Of a DNA stretch of 19,282 nucleotides, positions 7,743 through 15,111 are shown one piece after another. The position numbers and the translations under genes are program-made. The stretch spans positions 1-19,282 of the forward strand of contig JAPWTW010000008.1 in assembly GCA_028275885.1 (NCBI GenBank), given 5' to 3'. The notes under the pieces are model-generated. The model was not told the origin of the DNA and did not search any database. It saw nothing but the letters and a program-made list of their open reading frames with translations. The first letter of the stretch is position 1. Each line of letters starts with the position of its first letter. Origin of the DNA: Candidatus Nanopusillus sp. GTDB lineage: Archaea > Nanobdellota > Nanobdellia > Nanobdellales > Nanobdellaceae.

Positions 7743-7811
7743 CCCCGACCGGGATTTGAACCCGGGCCTGTGGATTACGAGTCCACCGCTCTACCACTGA
7801 GCTATCGGGGC
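7741..7811 (-). tRNA. tRNA-Thr(CGU): tRNA-Thr (anticodon CGU), no intron
   Basis: Reverse complement folds as a cloverleaf: GCCCCGA TA GCTC AGTGGTA GAGC G GTGGA CTCGTAA TCCAC AGGC CCGGG TTCAAAT CCCGG TCGGGGC T. It is a G+C-rich island in AT-rich DNA. Confidence 0.9.
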
Positions 7812-7847
7812 CCTATATTTTTAAATATTATTATATTTCAATATTAA

Positions 7848-8921
7848 ATGGATTTTTCAAATATTGCAAAAGAGATAAAAAATTCAAATGAAGAAATATT
7901 AATAATAGCGGATTCCGATTTGGATGGAAAGATGTCACTAGGATTAATTAAAATAATATTGAAAAAATTAAATAAAAAATATATGGAATATTTTAGAATT
8001 AATAGAGAAAATAATTTAGATTTGATAAAAATATTAGATGGAATAATATTTAATAAGAAAACAATAAATACAATAATATTTTTAGATACTCCAATGGATG
8101 ACAAATATTTAATTAATTTTTCTAAAAGACATGAAAAGATAAAGATAATATACTTAGATCATCATAAAAGAAGTATTCCGAGAGTTTTACCACACAATTT
8201 AATATATTTTGATGTAAGAGCATTATTTAATTTAGAAATATGCACAACAAGTATTGTATATAGAATTGGAAAAACTTTGTTCGGTGAAGAATTTTCGAAA
8301 TATTCATTATTAGCATCTATTGGAGCTGTAGGAGATTTTATGTTAGAAAATGATAATGAATTATTAAATGATTTATTAAAAAATTATAATAGTTTTTATA
8401 ATAGTAAATACTTTTATGTCCCATATATATTATATTTTTATCTATTTTTAATATCTGATCCTTATAAAATATCAAAAAATATTGATAAAGCATTGAATAT
8501 TGAAGAATTTATAAAAGAATTTGATATAAAAAAATTAAAGAATGAAGCAATAAAATATTATGATAGATTAAAAAGTGCTAAAAAAATATACGAATCTGAA
8601 AAATTATTAGTATACAAAGCTGATAAATCTTCAGTTATATCCACAATATTATCATCATTTTATCCTGAAAAAATAATATTAGTATTGTCTTTAAAAGAAA
8701 AATTATTTGGAAAACTATTTAAGGGAAAATATAGGAGATATAGTATATCTTTAAGGAATCGATCAGGAAAATATGATTTAGGAATATTAATGAGAGAATT
8801 TGCAAAAAAATATGGGATAACTGGCGGTGGACATCCAAAAGCAGCTGGTGGATTAATATATGAAAAAGATATAGGAAATTTAATAAAATTTTTAGAGGAA
8901 AAAGCAAATGAAAAAAATTAA
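7848..8921 (+). CDS. DHH/DHHA1 phosphoesterase (second RecJ-like / NrnA-like paralogue) with all canonical motifs
   Basis: 357 aa. Motif I 'IADSDLDGKMS', motif II 'FLDTP', motif III 'YLDHHK', motif IV 'GGGHPKAAGG'. Confidence 0.8.
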   Translation: MDFSNIAKEIKNSNEEILIIADSDLDGKMSLGLIKIILKKLNKKYMEYFRINRENNLDLIKILDGIIFNKKTINTIIFLDTPMDDKYLINFSKRHEKIKIIYLDHHKRSIPRVLPHNLIYFDVRALFNLEICTTSIVYRIGKTLFGEEFSKYSLLASIGAVGDFMLENDNELLNDLLKNYNSFYNSKYFYVPYILYFYLFLISDPYKISKNIDKALNIEEFIKEFDIKKLKNEAIKYYDRLKSAKKIYESEKLLVYKADKSSVISTILSSFYPEKIILVLSLKEKLFGKLFKGKYRRYSISLRNRSGKYDLGILMREFAKKYGITGGGHPKAAGGLIYEKDIGNLIKFLEEKANEKN

Positions 8922-8977
8922 ATTTTATTTATATGCAATAAAAAGGTTAATTAAGAAAATATTAAAGAAAATTCTAT

Positions 8978-8983
8978 AAAAAA
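8978..8983 (-). terminator. Oligo-T tract (minus strand) immediately after the uS11 stop codon
   Basis: A6 on the plus strand is T6 on the coding strand, directly 3' of the stop at 8984-8986. Confidence 0.3.
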
Positions 8984-9379
8984 TTATAATCTCCTTCCTC
9001 TCTTTCCCCCTTTCCTTCTACAATGATCATGAGGAATTGGAGTTACATCTTCTATAACTCCAACCTTCAATCCCGAAGTAATTAATGTTTTAATTGCAAA
9101 TTGTGCAGATGGTGTAGGAACCCATGGACCATTATGTCCACCAGGCGCTCTTACCCTAACATGAACACCAGTTATACCTCTTTCTAAAGCCTTTTGAGCA
9201 GCTTGTTTTGCAGCCAAAATTGCAGCAGTTGGGGTACCTTTTAATCTTTGAGCTAAAACAACCCTACCACCAGAACTAAATGCAATTGTTTCACTACCGG
9301 TTATATCTGTAATATGAATTATGGTATTATTTTTACTTGAATATATATATGCAATACCCCATCTCTCCTTTTCAGCCAT
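8984..9379 (-). CDS. rps11: 30S ribosomal protein uS11
   Basis: 131 aa. '[19 protein letters not shown]', '[14 protein letters not shown]', '[10 protein letters not shown]' and the C-terminal 'GGKRGRRL' are typical of archaeal S11. The usual S13-S4-S11-RpoD neighbours are absent. Confidence 0.92.
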   Translation of the reverse strand: MAEKERWGIAYIYSSKNNTIIHITDITGSETIAFSSGGRVVLAQRLKGTPTAAILAAKQAAQKALERGITGVHVRVRAPGGHNGPWVPTPSAQFAIKTLITSGLKVGVIEDVTPIPHDHCRRKGGKRGRRL

Positions 9380-9402
9380 TAAATTTAAAATTGTAAATAA
9401 TC

Positions 9403-9412
9403 TTATAAAATT
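9403..9412. promoter_or_regulatory. Candidate shared TATA box between uS11 (minus) and tRNA-Met (plus)
   Basis: 'ttataaaatt' is centred ~28 nt from the uS11 ATG (9379) and ~26 nt from the tRNA 5' end (9433). Confidence 0.35.
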
Positions 9413-9432
9413 AAAAATAAGGAATTTATTAA

Positions 9433-9533
9433 GCCGCCGTAGCTCAGGGGTTGGAGCGCCTGGCTCATAACCATTAAAATCGATGAGTTTGTGGGAAACC
9501 AGGAGGTCCGGGGTTCAAATCCCCGCGGCGGCA
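9433..9533 (+). tRNA. tRNA-Met(CAU): tRNA with CAU anticodon (elongator Met or Ile2) containing a ~28-nt intron at position 37/38
   Basis: GCCGCCG TA GCTC AGGGGTTG GAGC G CCTGG CTCATAA [ccattaaaatcgatgagtttgtgggaaa, ~9471-9498] CCAGG AGGTC CGGGG TTCAAAT CCCCG CGGCGGC A. Anticodon at 9466-9468. The intron holds segments complementary to the anticodon loop (ATGAG and GTGGG versus CTCAT). Confidence 0.9.
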
Positions 9534-9558
9534 TTTATAAATAATCCTACAATATATA

Positions 9559-9564
9559 TTTTTT
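9559..9564 (+). terminator. Oligo-T tract, candidate archaeal terminator downstream of tRNA-Met
   Basis: T6 lies ~26 nt after the tRNA 3' end, and a second T5 lies at 9586-9590. Archaeal RNA polymerase terminates at oligo-T. Confidence 0.3.
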
Positions 9565-9687
9565 AGTTTATTATAGCTACAAATATTTTTGCAGAAGGTG
9601 ATACTAACTACTAAAATTAAAAATATCAAACATCAATATTAAAATAATAATCTCAAAAAATATTATATCTTATAACAGAATAAATAA

Positions 9688-10359
9688 TTATATTTCAAAA
9701 ATTAAAGGTTTTTTATGTAATGGAAATGCAACATTATATATTTCAGTATTATTTATCTTTGTTTTATAATTTTTTGAATGGTGAGCATGTCCATGAAATC
9801 CATAAATAATTTTATTAGAATATTTTTTAATTAAATTCTCTATATATTTTGAATATAATGACCATTCTGGTGCAGGATCTCCAAAAACAGTATCTCTTGA
9901 TAAGCCATAATGAGAAAAAACTATTATTTTTTTATTTAAACTATTAAATATATTTTCCAATTTCTTATAATAATATTCTTTTATATTTTTAATATTTACC
10001 ATTTTCCATGTTCTTTCTGGAAAGCCTTCAAATCCCAATAAATAATATTCTCCCAAATCATAATATTCATAATCTAACCAATTAATAAAATTGTATTCTT
10101 TTCTATAGAAATCTTTGTCTTTTTCCCCATTTAATAAAAAAGATGCTTCATTATTGCCAAAAGTTGAAAATATCTTTATATTTCCAAATTTGCTGTTTAA
10201 CAAATAATATAATTTTTTTATATAGATATATTCTTTATTATCAATTATATCCCCACATAATATGATAAAGTCTAATTTTTCATTGATATTATTTAAACTT
10301 TCATAAAACTCTTTATAATACGTTGGTAGATGGGGATCTGAAGTTACCAAAAATTTCAT
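9688..10359 (-). CDS. Calcineurin-like metallophosphoesterase
   Basis: 223 aa with the ordered motifs 'SDPHL' (D.H), 'CGDIID' (GD..D), 'GNNE' (GN.E), 'FSHYG' (H) and 'GFHGHAHH' (GH.H). Confidence 0.8.
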   Translation of the reverse strand: MKFLVTSDPHLPTYYKEFYESLNNINEKLDFIILCGDIIDNKEYIYIKKLYYLLNSKFGNIKIFSTFGNNEASFLLNGEKDKDFYRKEYNFINWLDYEYYDLGEYYLLGFEGFPERTWKMVNIKNIKEYYYKKLENIFNSLNKKIIVFSHYGLSRDTVFGDPAPEWSLYSKYIENLIKKYSNKIIYGFHGHAHHSKNYKTKINNTEIYNVAFPLHKKPLIFEI

Positions 10360-10380
10360 TGATAATCTATAAAGAAAACT

Positions 10381-10389
10381 TTTATATAT
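10381..10389. promoter_or_regulatory. Candidate shared TATA box between the metallophosphoesterase gene (minus) and the 102-aa gene that leads the ABC cluster (plus)
   Basis: 'tttatatat' sits in a 48-nt intergenic region, ~26 nt from the ATG at 10359 and ~23 nt from the ATG at 10408. Confidence 0.35.
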
Positions 10390-10407
10390 TTAATATAACT
10401 ATTCATA

Positions 10408-10716
10408 ATGGAAATATCTATAGAATTGTTAAGGCCAGTAAATCCCACAGGTAGGAGTTTTATTACAAATGTATATGGAGCAATAGCAGCAAATAATAGG
10501 GAAATAATAGATAAATATAAGAAAGATATAACAAAATTAATACAAAGGCTTGGATTTAAAATAGAAGAATCAATTGGAACCGGAAAATTAATAACAGGTA
10601 CAATTGTAATTGTACTAGATGATAGTACTAAAGAACCAAAGAAGATGTATACTAAAGATATTAAGATCTGGAATATTGAAAGAGAATATAATGAAAAAAT
10701 AGAAGTAAACTTATAA
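10408..10716 (+). CDS. Hypothetical small protein (102 aa); first gene of a same-strand cluster
   Basis: ORF only; I recognise no family. A TATA-like element lies ~23 nt upstream of the ATG. Confidence 0.5.
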   Translation: MEISIELLRPVNPTGRSFITNVYGAIAANNREIIDKYKKDITKLIQRLGFKIEESIGTGKLITGTIVIVLDDSTKEPKKMYTKDIKIWNIEREYNEKIEVNL

Positions 10717-10739
10717 ATTCCAATAGTTTTTTATTTTTT

Positions 10740-11042
10740 ATGGATCCTGAAAAAGATGCAATAGATCATGATAAGAGATTAAATGAAGGAGAATTAAGAA
10801 TCATTAAAGATATTAAAAGAAATATTAATAAATTAAAAGATAGCATTAATGAATTAGAAACATTGGTAGAAGAATTGGAAGAATTTAATGAAAAAGAAAT
10901 TAAAAGACCTTTATTAAAAGAAGAAGAATATAGAACATTTATTAAAATATTAGATATACAAAAAATTTTACATAATAGTATTGTACTAATTACTCAAGAT
11001 ATATTAAGATATAAAATATTATTGGATCAAGAAGTATTTTAA
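10740..11042 (+). CDS. Hypothetical coiled-coil protein (100 aa)
   Basis: ORF rich in E/K/L with heptad-like stretches (INKLKDSINELETLVEELEEFNEKEIK). The stop is immediately followed by the HAD gene ATG (TAAATG). Confidence 0.5.
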   Translation: MDPEKDAIDHDKRLNEGELRIIKDIKRNINKLKDSINELETLVEELEEFNEKEIKRPLLKEEEYRTFIKILDIQKILHNSIVLITQDILRYKILLDQEVF

Positions 11043-11678
11043 ATGATAATTTCTTTAGATTATGATGGAACACTCGTAGATAGCTATACAATTATACCCT
11101 TAATTTATGAAAAAATAAGAGAAGAATTGAATTTATATGAAGGATTTACTGAAGCAATGCTTGCAGTAGAAGATCTTGGAGATTATTTTGGGATATTTGA
11201 AAGGGGAAAATGGATAAGATTTTTAATAAAAGATAATCCAGATGAAATAATTGAATATTATTGGAAAATTAGGACCGAAAATCAAATAATATTACCAGGA
11301 ACTATAGAATTTTTAGAAAAATATAAAAATAAAGATTTATATTTAGTAGCATCTAAAGATGATACAAAAGATATTAAAGTAAAAAGAATTAAGAAAACCA
11401 GTTTGGATAAATATTTTAGAGATATACTTATATATGGAACAGAAGAATTTAAAACACTTATTGATGTATTTGAATATTTAAAAGATATAGATAAAGATAT
11501 AGTATATATAGATGATAAAAATACAAATCTATATCAAATAAAAAATAAATTAAATATAAAATTATTTAAAAAAGCATATTATCCACCATATCCATTAAAA
11601 CTAGCTTGGTATTATCCTGAAATTGATGTTCCGAAAATAATAAATATTTTTGAAATTGAAAAATATACTAAATTATGA
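11043..11678 (+). CDS. HAD-superfamily hydrolase/phosphatase
   Basis: Motif I 'ISLDYDGTLVDS' (DxDxT), motif II 'LVASKDD', and a late 'VYIDDK' acidic motif. 211 aa. Its end overlaps the ABC ATPase start (ATGA). Confidence 0.75.
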   Translation: MIISLDYDGTLVDSYTIIPLIYEKIREELNLYEGFTEAMLAVEDLGDYFGIFERGKWIRFLIKDNPDEIIEYYWKIRTENQIILPGTIEFLEKYKNKDLYLVASKDDTKDIKVKRIKKTSLDKYFRDILIYGTEEFKTLIDVFEYLKDIDKDIVYIDDKNTNLYQIKNKLNIKLFKKAYYPPYPLKLAWYYPEIDVPKIINIFEIEKYTKL

Positions 11679-12373
11679 TAGTTAAATTAGAAAATGTAGA
11701 AAAAGTATATTATGTTGGGGGATATCCTATAAAAGCATTAGACAATGTAAGTTTAAAAATTAAAGAAGGAGAATTTTTATCAATAGTTGGACCATCGGGA
11801 TCTGGAAAGTCTACATTACTGGCAATAATGGGATGTTTGGATAGACCAACAAAAGGAAAAGTATATTTATTTGGTAAAGATATATCAAAATTAAATGATA
11901 ATCAATTATCAGAATTTAGAAAAAAATATATTGGATTTATATTTCAACAATATTATCTATTTAGTTATCTAAATGCATTGGAAAATGTACAAATTAGCTT
12001 AAGAATTTCTGGAAATAGTAATCTTGAAAAGGCAAGAGAATTGTTGAATAATGTAGGATTGGGAGATAGATTATATAATTATCCAAATCAATTATCTGGA
12101 GGACAACAACAAAGAGTAGTTATTGCTAGAGCATTGGCAAAAGATCCCAAATTAATTTTAGCAGATGAACCTACTGCAAATATTGATGAAAAATCAGCAA
12201 ATGAAGTATTAGATATATTAAAAAAATTAAATGAAGATGAAAATAAAACTATTATAATAGTAACACATAATTTAAGAGTAGCAGAAAAAACCAATAGGAT
12301 AGTAGTAATAAGAAATGGAAAAATATTAAAAGATAATGCTACAATTGATGAAACAATAGAGCTATTAAAATAA
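11675..12373 (+). CDS. ABC transporter ATP-binding protein, MacB/LolD-like
   Basis: Walker A 'GPSGSGKST', Q-loop 'FIFQQ', signature 'LSGGQQQRV', Walker B 'LILADEPT', H-loop 'VTHN'. The 232-aa size is typical of the COG1136-type family. Confidence 0.92.
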   Translation: MIVKLENVEKVYYVGGYPIKALDNVSLKIKEGEFLSIVGPSGSGKSTLLAIMGCLDRPTKGKVYLFGKDISKLNDNQLSEFRKKYIGFIFQQYYLFSYLNALENVQISLRISGNSNLEKARELLNNVGLGDRLYNYPNQLSGGQQQRVVIARALAKDPKLILADEPTANIDEKSANEVLDILKKLNEDENKTIIIVTHNLRVAEKTNRIVVIRNGKILKDNATIDETIELLK

Positions 12374-12405
12374 TTTATAAATACTTTTTTAAATATAATA
12401 ATCCT

Positions 12406-13833
12406 ATGAAAAAATTTATCTATATATTTTTATTAATTCTTTTATTTTTTAGTGTAAAATCTTTACAAATAAACATTACAAAAATATCTCCAACAATAGT
12501 AAAAACTAATAGCAATATAAATTTGGGTGTTTGTATAATAAATAATGGATTATCTCAAGCAAATATGATTAATTTAAATATATATTATCCCAATTGTATA
12601 TATTCAAATCAATCCTCAATTTATATCCCATATTTAAATCTGGGAGATTCTTATTGTACTTCATTAAATCTATATGAAAATTGTAATCCTGGAAGTTATA
12701 TTATAATAATAAATGGAACTTATTCAAACAATAATGGAGTTGGTGAAATTTCACAAATATATCCAATAATTGTTGAAAATCTTCCATATATAACAATCAG
12801 TAGTTATTATTATTCAAATAATTATTATGGAAGTATTGCAAATTTAATATTAAATATAACAAATTATGGTGGAGAAATATATAATGTATTAATTAGATCA
12901 AATTTTTCTGCATGTTCATTAGAACCTTCTTCAATATATTTAGATAATTTGTCAGGTTCTACATTAATTAATTTCCAATTATTGATTCCATCAAATTATG
13001 CAAATAATTATTGTACAATACCTTTATCTACAATTTATCAAGACTCATTGGGAAATATTAATAATTATACAACATTCATTAATGTACCAATTTTACCATC
13101 AAATAATAGATTAGAAGTTTTATATGATATTGAATACCTAAATATTGGAGAAAATATAATTAATTTAACATTATATAATCCTACAAATTCAAATATATCT
13201 GATATTTCATTAACATTTACCTCTAAGAATATTTCAATTGTAAATAATAATATCTACATTAGTAATATACTACCAGGACAGAAAATAAATATTCCAATAA
13301 AGGTGATTATAAATAACAATCTATATGGAACTATAATTATTCCTTTTAATATTCAATATTATTCAAATTCAGTATTATATAATTTAAGCGGATACATTGT
13401 TGAAAATATAAATGCATATCCAAACATAACTTTATCAGGATTATATAGTTCTAAAACATTAACATTTAATGTATTCAATTATGGAAATGCACCAGCATAT
13501 AATATGTATATAGATGCTTACAGCTCTGATAAATGCACAATTTCCCCAAATCAAGGATATATTGGAGAACTAGATCCTGGAAATTCAAATGCTGTTATAT
13601 TTACACTAAATAATAATTGTTACCCAAATACAACCATATATATACAAATATATTATACTGATATTTTTGGAAATAGATACTCGATGCTTTATAATACCTC
13701 TCTAGAAGATTTAGGATACAATATTTATTATAACAGATCTTCTGAAAATAATTTAATTAGTATAATAGCACTAATTTTAATCTTTACAGGTATAATATAT
13801 TACATAATGAAAAAGAAAAATGAAAATCAATGA
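12406..13833 (+). CDS. Secreted, C-terminally membrane-anchored protein built from four CARDB/Ig-like beta-sandwich repeats (COG1361-like 'S-layer domain' protein)
   Basis: Sec-type signal peptide (MKKFIYIFLLILLFFSVKS). Four modules of ~105 aa each carry an 'N-x-G ... N(M/V) ... ' core (IINNGLSQANMINLNIY / ITNYGGEIYNVLIRS / LYNPTNSNISDISLTF / VFNYGNAPAYNMYIDAY). Repeated linkers 'IIVENLPYITIS' and 'YIVENINAYPNITLS'. C-terminal TM 'LISIIALILIFTGIIYYI' followed by KKKNENQ. More than a dozen N-x-S/T sequons. Confidence 0.7.
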   Translation: MKKFIYIFLLILLFFSVKSLQINITKISPTIVKTNSNINLGVCIINNGLSQANMINLNIYYPNCIYSNQSSIYIPYLNLGDSYCTSLNLYENCNPGSYIIIINGTYSNNNGVGEISQIYPIIVENLPYITISSYYYSNNYYGSIANLILNITNYGGEIYNVLIRSNFSACSLEPSSIYLDNLSGSTLINFQLLIPSNYANNYCTIPLSTIYQDSLGNINNYTTFINVPILPSNNRLEVLYDIEYLNIGENIINLTLYNPTNSNISDISLTFTSKNISIVNNNIYISNILPGQKINIPIKVIINNNLYGTIIIPFNIQYYSNSVLYNLSGYIVENINAYPNITLSGLYSSKTLTFNVFNYGNAPAYNMYIDAYSSDKCTISPNQGYIGELDPGNSNAVIFTLNNNCYPNTTIYIQIYYTDIFGNRYSMLYNTSLEDLGYNIYYNRSSENNLISIIALILIFTGIIYYIMKKKNENQ

Positions 13834-14998
13834 TTATTTATTTCTAATATTTAAATATTTAAAGACTAAAAAGCTGAGAACTTTTTTAACATCATTAGGA
13901 ATTACAATTGGTATAGCCACTATATTTACATTAATTGCATTATCTCAAGGTTTACAATATTATGTTCAAAATGAACTAGATAAATTTGGGGGTAAAGTAA
14001 TATTTATTTATCCTGGTGCAAGAGTTGGATTTTTTAATACTATTTCTGGATATTTTACAAACAATTTTATTCAAAATATTCAAACACTACCAGGGGTAGA
14101 AAAGGTTATAAAAACATACCTAACTTCTACAGTAATCAATTATAATAATTATCAAATACCGGCTAATGTATTGGTTATCAATACAAAAGATGTGAACTAT
14201 TTAAGATATGTAAATTATGATATTTCTGAAGGAACCTTTATAACAAACAATAATAACTGTCAGGTTAATTTGGGATACCAAATTGCGAATTCTCCATCAT
14301 TAAATAATCAGAAAATACATGTTGGAGATTATATAAATATATTTGGACAAAGATGTCAGGTAGTAGGAATATTTAAACAAACAGGGGGACAAATAGATTA
14401 TATTATTTTATTTCCAGAAGGTGTATATGAAAGATTGTTTGGAAATATAAATTATAACTATTTGATTGTACTTGTTTATGATTTTAATATGGCATATAAC
14501 TCTATAAATAATTATATAAATTCACTAAAAGGCCAAACATACACCATAGTAACTGCACAATCCATTAAACAAATTATAGATCGAATTATCGGTGCAATAT
14601 CTTTATTTTCACTAATAATTGCATCAATATCCATATTAATTTCAGCAATAAATATTGTAAATACAATGTATACATCAGTTTTAGAAAGATATAAGGAAAT
14701 TGGGTTATTAAAAGCTTTAGGAATGAAAAATTCAGAAGTATTAATTTTATTTTTATTAGAATCTGGATTTATTGGATTGTTGGGAGGTATTCTAGGAATA
14801 ATATTTGGATTTTTTACATCATACATAGCTTCTATGATATTATCATTCTATGGATTTGTTGAATTCCAACCATATATTACCGTACAATTAATAGTCCTTT
14901 CCCTATTACTTCCTTTCTTCATAGGTATTCTATCTGGAACATTGCCTGCAATAAAGGCTTCTAGAATTGATCCAATGGTTGCATTAAGATATGAATGA
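13820..14998 (+). CDS. ABC transporter permease, FtsX/MacB-like, with a large extracytoplasmic domain
   Basis: 392 aa. N-terminal 'KLRTFLTSLGITIGIATI' TM1, a ~230-aa extracytoplasmic domain, then a C-terminal FtsX-type three-TM block (ERYKEIGLLKALGMKNSEVLILFLLES...) ending 'PAIKASRIDPMVALRYE'. Overlaps the upstream gene by 14 nt. Confidence 0.9.
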   Translation: MKINDYLFLIFKYLKTKKLRTFLTSLGITIGIATIFTLIALSQGLQYYVQNELDKFGGKVIFIYPGARVGFFNTISGYFTNNFIQNIQTLPGVEKVIKTYLTSTVINYNNYQIPANVLVINTKDVNYLRYVNYDISEGTFITNNNNCQVNLGYQIANSPSLNNQKIHVGDYINIFGQRCQVVGIFKQTGGQIDYIILFPEGVYERLFGNINYNYLIVLVYDFNMAYNSINNYINSLKGQTYTIVTAQSIKQIIDRIIGAISLFSLIIASISILISAINIVNTMYTSVLERYKEIGLLKALGMKNSEVLILFLLESGFIGLLGGILGIIFGFFTSYIASMILSFYGFVEFQPYITVQLIVLSLLLPFFIGILSGTLPAIKASRIDPMVALRYE

Positions 14999-15111
14999 TA
15001 TACAACCAATATAATAATAAGAAAATGCGTATCTCCAGAACCTTTCGTAATTTAAAAGACGAAACAAAAATGCAATAGAAAATAAGAATATTATAAATTT
15101 CTTTTAATCTT

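Noticed and set aside
7606-7797. 63-aa minus-strand ORF that spans the tRNA-Thr gene
   Set aside because: It reads straight through a clear tRNA cloverleaf and is antisense to the 217-aa gene, so it is an artefact.
7844-8104. 86-aa minus-strand ORF. The same applies to 8719-8907, 12088-12294, 14512-14826 and 14961-15155.
   Set aside because: They are antisense to the motif-bearing DHH, ABC ATPase and permease genes, or they bridge a convergent intergenic gap. There is no independent support.
9433-9533. Possibility that the CAU tRNA is the initiator tRNA
   Set aside because: The G1-C72 acceptor end and the CCUGG/CCAGG anticodon stem lack the A1-U72 pair and the three consecutive G-C pairs typical of archaeal initiators. 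It is more likely elongator Met or Ile2.
15043-15064. Small inverted repeat tttcgt-(10 nt)-acgaaa between the convergent permease and XPD genes
   Set aside because: The stem is only 6 bp and mostly A-T, which is expected by chance. Archaeal termination does not need hairpins. It does not support a structured RNA.
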